Source: Nageia nagi (Eukaryota > Plantae > Pinophyta). From it: 64,000 nucleotides of DNA. Position 1 is the stretch's first letter, and every line of letters begins with the position of its first letter. Below the pieces are notes generated by a model. It did no database searches and was not told the DNA's origin. It saw only the letters and a list, made by a program, of their open reading frames with translations. Positions 25,480-39,109 of this stretch are shown piece by piece. The translations under genes were made by a program, and so were the position numbers. The stretch is taken from the NCBI GenBank assembly GCA_050084985.1, contig JBITNC010000001.1, positions 197,284,001 through 197,348,000 on the forward strand, in the 5' to 3' direction.

Positions 25480-27522
25480 GCTATTGTCTTTACATAAAGA
25501 AGCATTTGAGATTGGTGGCATTGAAGGTACTTGGTTCTTCTTTGCCATCCATGGATGATAATTTGTAGGCTCTTGATCCTTTGGCTTACACTATAACAAA
25601 TGGACCCAACCAATTTGGTTCAAATTTTCCTTTAACCTCATCATTTGCAGTAATTTTATTGATATTCTCCTTTAGTATTAAATCTTCCACTTTGAATTCT
25701 TTTTCCTTTATTTTATTTCTAAATGTTTTTTTCAATTTTGCATGATATACCTTTTGATGTTCAATTACTTTGATTCTCTTCTCATCTAATGACTCTAATT
25801 GCTACAACCTAGCCTTTCTTACTTCCTCATCTGAAATATCATCTTGCAATGAAATCTTTAGGGATGGGATCTCTAACTCCAATGGTACCACAACTTCATC
25901 TCCATACACCAATGAGATTGGTGTTGCCCTAGTGGATGTTCTAATACGTTTTCTATATTCCCAAAGTGCATATGGTAGCTGCTCATGGCAATCCCTTTTG
26001 TACCTATCCTAGGTTTTTGAAAAAATGCTTTTCATAGTATTGTTAGTAGCTTCCTCTTGACCATTTCCTTGAGGATAGTACATTAAAGAAAATGATCAAA
26101 TAATATGAAACTTCTTGCAAAAAGCTTTTATTTCCTTACCTTTAAAGTTTTTTCCATTTTCCATAATCAACCTTTGTGGCACACCAAATCTTGTAATGAT
26201 GTTTTCAATTAGGAATGCAATAATCTTATTTTGAGTGACTAATTTCATACGAATGGATTCAACCCATTTTGTTGTGAACTTTGTGGCTGTAATGAAAAAT
26301 TTATGGCCTTCCCATGAGTGAGGATTGATGAGTCCAATCAAATTATGCCCCAAGTGGCAAATGGCCATAATGAGATAATGGAATTTGATTCATGGGTAGA
26401 CTACTTTTCTAGATTAGCATGTTTTTGAAATTGTAAACAAGTTTCATATGAGTCTTGCAATCTTCCTCCATTGTGGTTCAATAGTAACCAATGTGCAAAA
26501 GCTTAGTATACAATGCCTTTGCATAGAAATGACCTCCACATAAGTCATCATGTGCCTATTTTAATGCTGTAGCTATCTCATGCTATGTGAGATATCTCAA
26601 TAGAGCACCATCAAAAGACCTTGTATACAATTCTCACTAATGATGACATATTTGATAGCAATCCTTTTTAATCTCACTTTTTCATTTCTATCATAATCAT
26701 AAGGAATTGTTTGATTTTTCAAATAATTGTTAATACCCACATACTAGTTTTGAAAATCATTTTCCTTAGCAATAAGATGTCTCTCGATTTCATGCATATC
26801 TTCAATGTAGGAAGGTGTACCAATCTTATAAATATTCAAGATTGTCTCTTCATACTCTATCTCAATTAGCGCAAGAGAAGCTGCACTTGCCATTGCATCT
26901 TCATACTTGTTATTAGTTCATGCAAGATTTTGAATAGTATACCTATCAAATTGATCCAACAAGTCATTAATCACTATTTTGTATGGTCTCAATTTTTCAT
27001 CGTTGGTATCAAATATACCATGTACTTGGTTAATTACAAGCTGTGAATCACCATAGATTTTTAAAAATTTTATTTTCAATGTGACAACTATTTATAGTCC
27101 CAATATCAAAGCCTCATATTCTTCCATATTATTAGTGCATTTAAATCCAAGTTCATGGGAGAAACTAAGAAAATAACTACCCCTACTTTATAAGAATAGT
27201 TGGATCCATCGAAATGCAATGTCCAAGTAGTTGGTTCTTCCTCCATGTAGAACATGCACTCATCTGAGGTTGACATCCCATCAAAATCATACTATTGATG
27301 GCCTTTTGTCAGATCTACATGCTACCGATGGCATGGATCATCCTCATTTTCATCTAGAAACTCTTCATGAATCACTGCTTCTTCATTTTGAGGGAATTTC
27401 AAAATCAAATCTACAATTGCTTTCCCCTTTATAGACTTTTGTTTTACTATATTGATATCAAACTCCTGCAATAACATCAACCATTTTTCTATCCTCCTTG
27501 ATAAATGTTGCTTTATCATAAG
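25480..27522 (-). pseudogene. E: RNase H end, additional archaeal-type RNase H, integrase
   Basis: KWLMLLQEFDI; WTLHFDGS, CTNNMEEYEALILGL, YGDSQLVINQV; FTTKWVE, IITRFGVPQRLI, KFEPNWLGPF. Confidence 0.92.
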
Positions 27523-28918
27523 TGTGATGTCCCATTTGAGCTAATGAATAATTATATCATGGCCTCTTTGTATTCTAGGTGTTGTTCATGTTCATGTTGT
27601 ATATGTGTAACTCAAAAGGGAGCTTATGGTTTGTGGAACCCACTAGGAGCTTAGAAATGGGACATCTCCCTTTGAGGAGTGATGTTGTGTGCTGTGATGG
27701 GTAATCCTAGATTATTAGAATCCTAATATAGTGTTATATGTGTGGGTAATCTTTGATTGTAGGAATTCATGTAATATTCCTTTTTAGAAGGTAAAGTATA
27801 CCATAAGTATTGAAGAGTTTATATGATTGGTTCTTTGGCTAGGGCATCTCATTTGAAACATTTTGACAGGTCATACGATATGGTTTTATCAAGAAATGAA
27901 GGAGTTATGGTCTCTTGAAGTTTGCCAACTAGACTAGTCTTCTACTTTGTGGCCACCCACCAAAATTTATGAACAACTCTATATTGACTCCTTGGAATAT
28001 GAACTCTTATTCCTTAGGAGATGAGTATGCTGTGTTGTATATTCAATGCATGTAGCAATAGTAATGGGACCACTTGTCTAAGTTGTAGGGCATGATTCCA
28101 AGGCATTGCATATCTAGCCAGTGGATCTTGTGATTACAAGTATCCCTAGGCAACATTGGAATAGAGAGGCATGCATATGAGTCCTAGGTGAGATCTAGGA
28201 GAGGCTATATATAGGAGGTGGAGCTCCATTATGAGGTTACCACTTATCATATACTTTCTATACCAAACTGAATCGAGCAACCAAGTCTTGGTGGTGCTCA
28301 ATAATTATTCCTAGATGATGTCTAGAGGAGTGGTGGGGGTGGGAGCTTGACATTATATTAATTATGTGGGTCATGTAGCCCATCTAATGCAATTCCAAGT
28401 ATGAGCTTCTACCTTCATTGGTCACCAAGGTTCGAGGAGACTCCTTTGCAGGAGAGTATTTGGATACTAAGGGAGTCAGTCTATCCTATTATGTGTTTGA
28501 CTTATTGAGGGTTTGGAACCCTAGATCTATGTATTATAATGTCCATTTTACTCCATGATATCATCATAATAAAATACATATCATTGTGCCTCTCATAGTT
28601 GTGTTGTTCTTATGTATGTTCTATGTGTTCTATATACTGGTGTTGCAAGCTTGGTTTTGGTGTTGTATCAAGTTTTATTGCATTCGTTGGTGATCTTGTG
28701 TTGTGCATTATTGATAGGAGGCATTCGTAGGGTTTACAATGTGTTAGGCAAGCCTAGAGGGATGACATTAAGTAGTGGGTGTTGCATGGAGGCCTTAGGA
28801 GGCTCACATTTGCATTATGGTGTGTTTGGGTGCCCTAAGGGCCCAATGTTGGGTGTTGAGGATTACAAAAGCCCTTGTTTGGTTTATTTATGATTGAGGG
28901 TTATTTTGGATCCTTATA
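27523..28918 (+). mobile_element. Solo LTR F (1396 bp)
   Basis: TGTGATGTCCC...CCTTATA with perfect TSD ATAAG; removal restores NPLKYLMIKQHLSRRIEKW in E. Confidence 0.9.
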
Positions 28919-29358
28919 ATAAGATACTTCAATGGGTTAATAGGGATAACAAAAAATGTAGTGCAATATAATAGATAGTGTCTCAATTTCGTTGTAGAAA
29001 ATACAATACCAAATAAAAGCTTTTCCATAGGAGTATATTTAATTTCATAATCAACAAGAGTTTTGCTAAGGTAATAGATTTCTCTTTCTTTGTTATCATC
29101 ATCCTTTTGACATAATATTTCCCTTAAGGAATATAGTGTGGCTGATATATACAAATAAGAAGGCTTTGAAAATTCCATTGGCACTAGGATAGGAGGATTC
29201 AACAAGTATTGCTTGATATCTTCAAAAGTTTTTTGACATCTATCATCCCATACAAATTTGATATCATTTTTTAGCAAATGAGTAAAAGGCCTATATTTAT
29301 CTCAAAGTTAGGAAATGAACCTTCCTACCAAATTGATCTTACCATGGAGAAACACAAC
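28919..29358 (-). pseudogene. E: RT thumb / RNase H
   Basis: FVWDDRCQKTFEDIKQYLLNPPIL, IYYLSK, YTPMEK, KLRHYL. Confidence 0.92.
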
Positions 29359-29599
29359 ACTTAGAAAAATAACATAAGATACATTATGGTACATGGTTGA
29401 TTCATATTTTCATAATTAACCAATTACATGACATACAAGGACCCATTTACATTTGGTTGATGTAGGTACAAAAATTAGGATTGGATTTGCTACTGGAACC
29501 ATGATATCAATGACATGCAAAGAATTTGACATGATGTTTATGCTCATTTGCAGTTGAAATTTCATGTCCCCTTTCTTTACACAAGTTTGTTTAACCTTT

Positions 29600-32500
29600 T
29601 ATGGTGATTTTTTATGTTGATATGACCTATGTTTTTTAGAAAACTAATATTGAAAATTGTTTGATGTACTTACCATGCCAATACATCCCTTTGGTTGTTG
29701 TGTTGTCTTTGGCAAAGGATCCTTAACTATACCAAGTTGGCTATTATCAGGGTGTACAAGTCCAACACCACTATCCCCTTTTTCTGATGTATCATCAATT
29801 TGAATTGCTTTTTGGTCAATAAAATCCTATATAATGTCTCTTAGATCCATGCATTTTTTGTTTAAGTATATTGAATTTCTATGATAATTGCAAAATTCCA
29901 CAAATCTACAATTTTCAAGAATACCATTTGGGAAATTATGTTTAACAATTGGCAAAAGTTGAATAAGATCTTTATCTACTAACACATTGAGAATTTTATC
30001 AACAATTTATGTTAGTTTAGTATATTTTCTTTTATTTTCAAAGGATCTCTTACCTATGCCTAACGCATTTGCCACTTGTACTTATGGGGTTGGACTTGTT
30101 ATCCTTGAGACATTATTCTTTTGATATGCATTGTAATTTTGCAAAATACAAGATTCTTTATGAACTTTTTCAATCATTTTACCCTAAGACATATCATCAT
30201 GATCCTATGCTTCTAACTTGAACATTGGTAATAAATCATGTACAAAAGTTATGATGCTCCTTTTACAAATATTATGTTCATGCACCTATTTGTGAGGATA
30301 GAGTTCACCATAGGTCTTGTAGAATTGATTTGGTTTGTTCTTTGGATAAGGCATCTCGTGGGTAACATTTTTATAGGTTACATGACATGGTTTCATTAGG
30401 AAAGGGAGGAGTTATCATCTCTTGAAGTTTGCTAGTTGGACCAATCTTCCATATCGTGGTTGCCCACAAAAATCTAGAAATAACTTCATATTGACTCTTT
30501 GAGATGTGACATCCCACTCCTTGGGATACGAGTTGATTACTTATTATATTTAGGTGTGAGCTTGGTAATTTATATTAGATTTAGTATACTTGAAGTGGGC
30601 CACTTGTATGAGTTGTAATACATGATTCCAAGGTAATTAATAATCATAAATCCAATATTAGTCTCCAATAATGAGGCATTGCATACTTAGCCATTGGATC
30701 TTGTAATTATTGGCATCCTTAGGATAAAATTTGATTTGAGGTTAGAGATATGATTCCTAGGTGAAATCTAGATAGAACAAATGTATAAATAGACACTGGA
30801 GGCTCATTATTACACACACTTGATCATTATTACACTTATTATTCTACTTCATTTGATGGACAAGACCTTAGCGAAGTGCTAAGCATATTCCTTAGGTGGA
30901 TCACCTAAGAGGATATTTAGGCATTGGGATCTTGATTATCTATGACATTGGTAGAGCACCGTTGCCTATCTGGTGGTACCCAAGGGTTTATTCCTATCAT
31001 TCAACTAGTTGACTGAAGATTGAGGAAGGCTTCTTCAATGGATAAGAATTGATATTTGAGGGAATAGATCTATCCTATGGTTTTGAGGTTATTGCATATT
31101 ATCTTCATTGTGTTCAGTTTGTATCTTGAGAAGCCCATGACTTTCCTAGGGTTTGTATGATTTTGAATTGCTTCATATTATCAATATACATGTTGAGGAT
31201 TCATGAATATCATATCATGTTTTAATCACTTATTCTATGCATGCATTGGAATGATTGTATATTTCATACTTGCATTGCTCAAATGATGATGTCTAATTAA
31301 TTTAATATTGCATATTGAGGCTAGACATTGGCATTCTGATATTGTGAGTGTGTTTGGTGGATGCATTAATCCTAACATTGGAATTTTGAGGGTTTGATTA
31401 TCCTTTGAGAGTACCCTAGGATTTCCTTCAAGGTTTGAAGGATGTGGAAAGGCATTTTTGAGTGGAGGTTCATTTTGGATCATCACAAAAGTATCCTTTA
31501 AATCTTGCTCATTAGGAGTGAGTTTATTAGCAATCTTTTTCCACATTTTTATAAAATCATTCAAAGATTATCCTTGCACTTGTTTAACCCTACATAAATG
31601 TTTAAATTCTATCTTATCTTGAATACTATATTTGAAATTAGCAATGAATTACAAAATAAGATCTTCATATTTTTCAATGCTCTTTTCAAAAAGAGAGAAA
31701 TACCATTTTAAAGCATTATCCTTTAAGCTACTAGAAAATAATTTTGCAAGCATATCATGATCATGTAAAAATTCTATAGCTACTTATTGAAATTTTCTAA
31801 CATGCATTTTTGAATCTTGAAAACCATTGAAATTTATGTACTTAATGCTCTTTTTACCTTTATACATTCGTGAGATGATTCTATTGGTCAAAAGTCATTT
31901 CAAACAAAACAAGAAATCTTCATCATCACTATTATATGTTATTTTTTCTAATTTTATTATCCTTGCCTCTAATTGGTTTTAAACATTTTGTAGAGGCATA
32001 GGAGCCATTTGGGATGGTGGAGGGTTTAAGGTTTTGATGAATTAGATGACTGTGGGGAATCAATAGCAACAACTTTTCTCAATTCTGCCTCTTTTATTTT
32101 TAGAAATGGCCTAATTTGATTAGTTCTTTGTTCTTCTATCTCATCCAATAAGCAACATATGAAATGAAATTGTTGATTATCACTTCCTTTTTGGAATTCA
32201 AGTAACTCATGTGCCTCCATTAACATGTCAAATTTAATCCCATACTCTTCTTGTGTCCAATTAGGTTCTTTGTCATAATCATTATTTATTAAAGCATTAA
32301 TTTGCTCATGCACATTTTCAATGTTTTGATAATAAATTTGCTTATTCTTACCTTTGTCAAGCATACCTAATTTTTTTTGTATCTCTATATTTGTTGGCTC
32401 TTCATTAGCAATATTCTCTGCTTTAGAATGATCTTTATCTGGTTCCATTTCTAATTCCTCCTAGGACTCTATATCAATGGCATGCGTGTCATGCAAACTA

Positions 32501-33136
32501 GTAGGCATGCCATGTATTTTGTCCTCTTTTCTATTAGATCTTTTTTTTTTTTATGATCTCATGTTATAATAATGAAACAACGAATCTGATGAAAAAGGAG
32601 TACTTGGTTCTGACTCTCACTTCATGTTTTTTCAAAATGTCAATAATATTCTCAACATTATTAGTAACAAAATATTCCATTCTTTTAGTATGAGCCATCA
32701 ACTCTTTAATTGATATAATATTAGTGTGAATAATATTAAGATCATCACTATTAGATACATTCATGCAAGTATTAATAGAAGTTTTTTGATTCACACTTTC
32801 AAAATCCCCATTAACAAAATCCATGTTAAACTTATTATGTGTTTAGCCAATTATATTCATTCAACAACTAGAAGTAATAGATTTAGACTCTTCTTCATTT
32901 GCATCCATTCTATCATTTGGAGGAGGTTCAAAGAGGTCAATAGGTATATCAAGATTAACCCTAGTACTCCTTATAATGGTATCAAAATGAACCTTTCCTC
33001 TAGATAATTTAGGTGGTTCTTGTAGCATAAATATTTTTGTTATAAAAGCAGAATTAACCCTAGTTTTTCCCTCTTGATTTGCTACTTCTTTAAGGACTTC
33101 TAGAAAAGGCAATAGGACTAATGTAAATGGATTCAT
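29600..33136 (-). pseudogene. E: Gag with long N-terminal region, split by G
   Basis: DMLAKLFSSSLKDNALKWY (31700-31770), FCNYH...C.DLRDII (29820-29900), upstream ORFs 32026-33136. Confidence 0.8.
30250..31487 (+). mobile_element. Solo LTR G (1238 bp), partly similar to F
   Basis: TATGATG...CATCACA with perfect TSD AAAGT; removal restores EQDLKDTFVHDLL; 30350-30530 resembles 27840-28025. Confidence 0.9.
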
Positions 33137-33201
33137 GAATTTACTTTGAATAAGGATTCCCTAGAAACCTTGGTGTGTAAAAGCACTTGAGTTCACCAAT
33201 A

Positions 33202-33898
33202 TGTGATAATAAATTATGTAAATAGCTAATATAAACATAAAATAAATCTACTAGGACAACACTAATTCAGATCTACAATTAAATACATGAAAAGTGTGTA
33301 CCTAATAATGATATGAAAACCATTAGGATGTAGTAAGGAACAATTGAGGACTAGATCAGATAAAAGATATGATTTGAAAATGTTAATGGATCATGCACAA
33401 TCATATAACAACATCTCCTCTATTCGTAGCTTTGGATCATGGATTCACACAATGTGGAGGCCATATGAACACTACAACTAGGATGCCATAAAAACCTATA
33501 TAATTATATGGTGCACAAGATATAGCATGTAGTAATATCTTAGAGCAAATAGATCTTCCAATAGATGGCATCAAAATACACCGTAAGTATGATGATATGG
33601 GACAACCACCTATCAAAGAAGTCCAATAGGGATATCAACCTCCAACTTCTATATTTATAAATTGCAAGGGAATAGAAAGGAGTAAAAAGTTGACTCTTAG
33701 CAATAATATAATCATTGTTATATTCAATATACTTTAAAATATGAACCAAGGTAAATAATATAATATTTAATATAACAGATGGAATTGCATTGTAATATCA
33801 ACTTTATCTTGGCATTTGCAATATTACTTTTAACACTTATAAAGATATCTAAAATATGATTTATTAAATGAATAATAAATCATTTTTAGGTTTCTACA
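33202..33898 (-). repeat. 5' LTR of E
   Basis: Collinear with 21657-22348; adjacent GAGTTCACCA is a PBS-like site (tRNA not assigned). Confidence 0.9.
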
Positions 33899-34676
33899 CC
33901 ATCACCCTTGGAGGCCCACGTTATACATTAGGGAGGCTCTACACCCATGCATGAGCATTTATGACATGTTTGAGGCGTTTGAGGGTACTTAGGAGGCTAA
34001 CGTTAGATATGGGAGGCATGGATGATTATGAGGTGATGATCTAGATCCAATATTAGGCTTATATATTAGGCATTGGAGCATCATTGCTTGGATATACCTA
34101 ATTTGATAATATTTTTCCTACCATCCAATGGACATAAGTCTTGGTGTAGCATTAAGTAATCTTCCCCTCGATGCAACATCTATAGGGTTAGCAAGCTAAG
34201 GGATCTTGCTAATGTATGAATTAGGTGCAACATCTTAGTCCATTTGATGATATTTTGAGATTACACTTCTACCTTTAGTGGTTTCCAGGCTAGAGCATCC
34301 AAGCTTGAGGGATTATGGTTGTAGCATTTATTATTTCAATAGTGATCATATTTGCATATTCATATGCCTTAATTAGCTCCTTGAAGGCCAAAATTGAGCC
34401 CTTTGGATTTGGTATTGTATAATTTTACATTTGTCATAATTAATATAGTTGTAGGCATCTTGGATCTCAATACTTATCTCTATTTTTGATGTGTATGCTT
34501 CCATCCTTGAAACATTGGGCTATTTTATGTATTCATGCTTGCATATATGAGACGTTGGCATTCTTGGCTTGTAATTACAATATTTTGATGCTCTAGTCTA
34601 GACATGGGTGTATATATGCTTGCATTTTATAATTAATTGGATTATTTGCACTAGATATTATGTTTGGGATCTTAAA
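33899..34676 (+). repeat. 3' LTR of D, second part
   Basis: Continues the match to 17372-18165; ends GGGATCTTAAA. Confidence 0.9.
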
Positions 34677-35710
34677 TTCTACCACCAATCATATGCCAAG
34701 CCATACAAGTGTAGTGTGAAAAATAGGATGGCATCCTCCTCCATCATGGGAATAAGCATGAAGTATATTTGTAGCTTTTGAAACCATGCTCTTGTATGAA
34801 TATTGTTGCTACCATTGAACAAGGGTACTAGTATTTTGCTCAGCCTCTACTTCAGATCAATCCTATCCTCTTATGATCCTCCATGTACATAACTCCCATT
34901 AGCTTTTTTAACCAAAAACTCCAAATACATAGAAAAGGTCACATTGTTTTTAAACTCTAGTATATTTAAAGAATAATCCCAATATATATCATTAAGATCA
35001 AGTAATGAGATTGAGTTCTTACTACTTTCCTACCTTGGAAGAAACATGGGCTTATTGGGATGTGGTAGTGGTGTAGGTACTGCAATCAACTTTAAGGAGT
35101 CCCTATTTAGAAATCTCTCCCACACTATCTTTCCAACCAAGGTATCTCTTGTAGATCTTATCCTAAACAAGGAATATCCTCCATTTTCTACCAGTTTGGT
35201 AGACCTATATTTGTGAAATAATGTTTCCCTCCTCTCAAACCCTAGGTCTCCTTGATGAAACCCTAGGCCTCTAGATCTATGTAGGGAAGCCTCCTCTTTA
35301 CCTATTCTTTTTCATGAGACCTATGCAAATATGATTCTCCTCCTCCTAGCTCCTTCTCATGACATCTATGCAAGTATTCTTCTCCTAGCCTTGGCTCTCT
35401 CTCACAAGTAGAGGTGGATCTCTATGTATGGGGCATCATAGGGATTCCTCTAGGCCTAACGTCCCTCTCTTGAACCTCCTTTCTGGTCATGTTTTCATTT
35501 TGTTGCTACATATGATCCATAATTATCTTCATCATATATAGTAGATCATAAAATCTCTTCTCTATTGGATCCTTGGGTGGAGTTTCCCTTTCCCTATGTG
35601 TTTCTTCCTCTCCATGCACATGCTCTAGTTCATTCATCCAACTCTATCAAACTGGATCTTCATGTTGCCTCTTGCATCATCCTTGGATCTAGTTTGAGGT
35701 TCCATGGGAG
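34677..35710 (-). pseudogene. Gag N-terminal half of C
   Basis: RAWFQKLQIYF and LHLYGLAYDWW retrotransposon-gag motifs. Confidence 0.82.
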
Positions 35711-35802
35711 ACATCTTCCCCTTCTTGCATAGGTACATCTTCTTAGCTGATTGCATTTAGTATCCTCCCCACAATATGGAAGGATTTTAGCTCTAATACC
35801 AC

Positions 35803-36603
35803 TATGGTGTTCCTAAATTATTATCATTCCAAATTATTAGCCAATTGAGCAATTAACAAGAAAATAAGTAAGATCTATGAATTTACATAATAAAATATCC
35901 AATGCATAAGACAAATAGATAAATAATGCCAATGTATCAATATATGGTAATAAATGATCAAGATATAACCCAAATAGTCCAAGAGGCCTAAGTCATTGAC
36001 GTTTGGCTCAATGGACTAGATCTAGGGCATAATATCTCCAAATGCTAATGTCACACTCCTAGGGCCTTCAACCCCTGGATCAAGCTACAAGATTAGATGG
36101 TATAAGAGTTTTTGTCCTTAGCCAAAGCTTAGTGAGGGTTAAATTATACTAAACTCTTCTCCACACTAGATTTTCATCCAATGAGAGGCCCAAGAGATGG
36201 TGTTACCACTCTAAAGATAAAAGATATCAAATGATGCTTAAGATTCCTTCTTACTCCTATGCCAACCATATAAATAGGATTATATCAAGGTTGGGAGTCT
36301 ACACACCCATCAAGGAGATGTTATGGTTGGGTTCCTATGTCATGCCTCAAGATCACACCAAATCATGCACTCACCTTCTAATTATGCCTTATGCCTTGGG
36401 ATCCACACTATTACACTTATATGCTCCTAATCTACCTCTAAGAGGGAGATGTCCCACTTTGGGGCTTACAATTAGTCCATGAGACCCATAAGTATCCTAT
36501 TATAGGTTATAATGATGCCTAAGTACACATGCAAAAAATAAATAAATACTCCTAACTACAAAAGTAACCCTAAAAGGAATGTCTTCTAAAAAGAGACATC
36601 ATA
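35803..36603 (-). repeat. 5' LTR of C
   Basis: TATGGTGTTCC...GACATCATA next to the iMet PBS. Confidence 0.9.
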
Positions 36604-39109
36604 TTTTGTTAGTTCCTACATTTACTATTATTTTACAAAGCTCATAAATCCTCCAATACTTGATATTTTACCATGATGTAATGTTTTTTGAGTACCCATT
36701 ATTGAATAGAAGAAACCCATAGGAGTTTAGAAAATTCTATGCATGTTTGATTCATCAATAATCACTTTATCAAGATTATGGAGTTGACATTTGGAGTTGG
36801 CATAATTTCTGGAGTTGCAATGGATGGAAATGATAGAAAATATGCATCTAAGACCAACTTTGTGGATGAATTATGAAATAATTGGATAGTTAAAATAACC
36901 AAGAGCATATGGTTTAAAAGTTATAGTTCTTGAAAAATGTCAAATTTCTCTCTTTTTGGTAGCTAGAAAATACACAAAAAAATAATTTTAGGAGCCATTT
37001 TGGCAAATAGAATAGGACCAAATTTTAGGGAGTTAGACATTGAAATTTGGAACATGAATATTAGATACTAAATTCAACACATATTCTAAATTTCATGGTA
37101 TTTGGACACATATATTAGAATATATAAGTGCTGCAAAATAGCATCTTGATACTTTTTGGACAAAGAAAATTCTAGAAAATGACAACTTCAGTAACATTGG
37201 GAATCCATGGCCTACACTTTTTAATTTACTATTGAAGTAGAAATGACTTGATTTATTTTTTCCTTCTATAATGAGATGGTATATTTTCCCATCATTTTAT
37301 CAAACAATTTTCAATAAGTACTCTTGCACAAATGAAGCAATTGACTCTCACAACTATTATGAGCATTCTAAATAGGTAGGCATGTCTACTTATTTTTTCC
37401 TATACAAAATTCTCTTGAAATTGTTAGTAAAATATTGTAGCATTGTCAAATAAATTTAGCTTTGTACTAACACCATTGCCTAGACATTATCTTATTCTTG
37501 CATCTCAAAATATCACTTGCAAAATTGCTAATACCATGGACCATATGTGGTTGAGTTTCTTACCATTTTACTGTGCTAAAAGATGATTCACACCATAGCA
37601 GTATTTTGAAATGTGCCCTAATTTTATTATCTTGGTGATTGGGATCCACACAAAAGTATCTATCTCATTACCAAATACTCAAATTGTTGACTTCTTAGGC
37701 AAAAGTGATTAGAGGAATGACCTTGTAAAAACATACAAAATACTTGTAACCATACCAAAGAGTAATATGAATGAGATGTGGATTCTAAAGTTGATCTTTA
37801 CTATCATTGGTACAACTACAAAAATATGAGCCACCAGCTGCTCTAATAATGCATTTTCCATTATCTTTGATATCTTAGCATCAAGTTACTATTCTCATTG
37901 CCTTCTTATTTGTAGAATATGTGTTTAAATGTTTCAACCTCTTCATGCTCTATTGCCTCCACTTCTTCATCTTCCTTGAAACCATGCAAATTCTCTTTTG
38001 TATCCCTTTTCAAAAGTTCTATGATAGAATATGTAAATACATGGAATGTATAGATCCCTTGAACTTAAAATAGGAAAGATTCATTTTTCTTACTTCTACA
38101 TGATACCAAAATATCAAGTCCAATTCTGAACCTAAAATTGCTTTGCATGCTCTCATCCCATCCTTTAAGATACCATTTTCTTTCCATATTTGTAAACATT
38201 ATAGTATATTTGATGTTACATTATTCAAATTCAATTTGTCATTAGTAATGATTTGACTACATTCCTCACTGAAATATTCCATAGCTCAACAAACCATGTT
38301 TAAAAAAATATTTAAATCATAGCTAGAGTTTTACTCATGAACATAATAAAAGTATTGATCTTTTTGATGTCTAGAAGTGTAGAGTAGAACAATGTAATAA
38401 AACTCAATGCTAGAGATGCAATAATTTATTTCATAATAATGAATAGTAGAAAGTTGCATATTATGATGCTACCTTTGAGAATGAAAATATGCTCCAGCTA
38501 AATAATATCTAGTGGCATTGCAATGTTATTGTTTAGTTCCAAAAACCTTCATGATCTCTAAGACTTAAGAAACCTATGCTAGTGAGGTGAAATAGCTTTC
38601 TAAAATGGAATATCCATGTGAAAATTTTGAAGCTTTATTCAATGAATTTAAGTCATGTTGAAACTCATTCACACAGGCAAATATAATATCAACCCAAATA
38701 GTCAAATATGCATGTTGATCTTTTTCTCATACTAATATTCTCTAATATTGAAATAAAGAGGATCCCCCAAAGTTGCATATGTAGAATCAATTGATGAATG
38801 GGAGATATAATAAAGCAATTATTTCATCAACTAAATATGAATATGAATATCAATATTTCCTCAATTTAAAAAAGAATGTTAAGACTATATAAGTTTACAG
38901 AATAATCTTGAAACCATTCTGTGCAATATGATATTATGGAATCTTATTTTTAAACATGGATCAATTTCATCATGGTTTTAGATGCAGGAAAAGATGAAAT
39001 GGTGACTAAATAAATGTGCATATTTATAAAATTTGATCCAATTTTGAAATGCAAAGATACTAATTCTAACCTTAAAGTGCATAGATATTATGTAAAAGCA
39101 ATAAATATC

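Larger units (their letters stand above)
21657..33898 (-). mobile_element. Element E: Ty3/gypsy Tat-clade (Ogre-like) retrotransposon, internally deleted
   Basis: LTRs 21657-22348 and 33202-33898, TSD CAATC/CCATC, PPT TTTTCCCCTCTTT at 22349, RT-RH-aRH-INT order, long 3' region with tandem repeats. Confidence 0.9.
17126..34676 (+). mobile_element. Element D: gag-protease-only LTR element related to B, inserted in the gag of C
   Basis: 5' LTR 17126-18165, PBS TGGTATCAGAGC 18167-18178, PPT before 21306, 3' LTR split into 21306-21656 and 33899-34676. Confidence 0.9.
14316..36603 (-). mobile_element. Element C: gag-protease-only LTR element, host of the nest
   Basis: LTRs 14316-15104 and 35803-36603, PBS GCTCTAATACCA 35790-35801, PPT at 15105-15118; gag split between 34677-35710 and 16800-17125. 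Confidence 0.88.

Noticed and set aside
36604-39100. Possible decayed DNA-transposon or gene remnant
   Set aside because: No motif or terminus I can support without a database search
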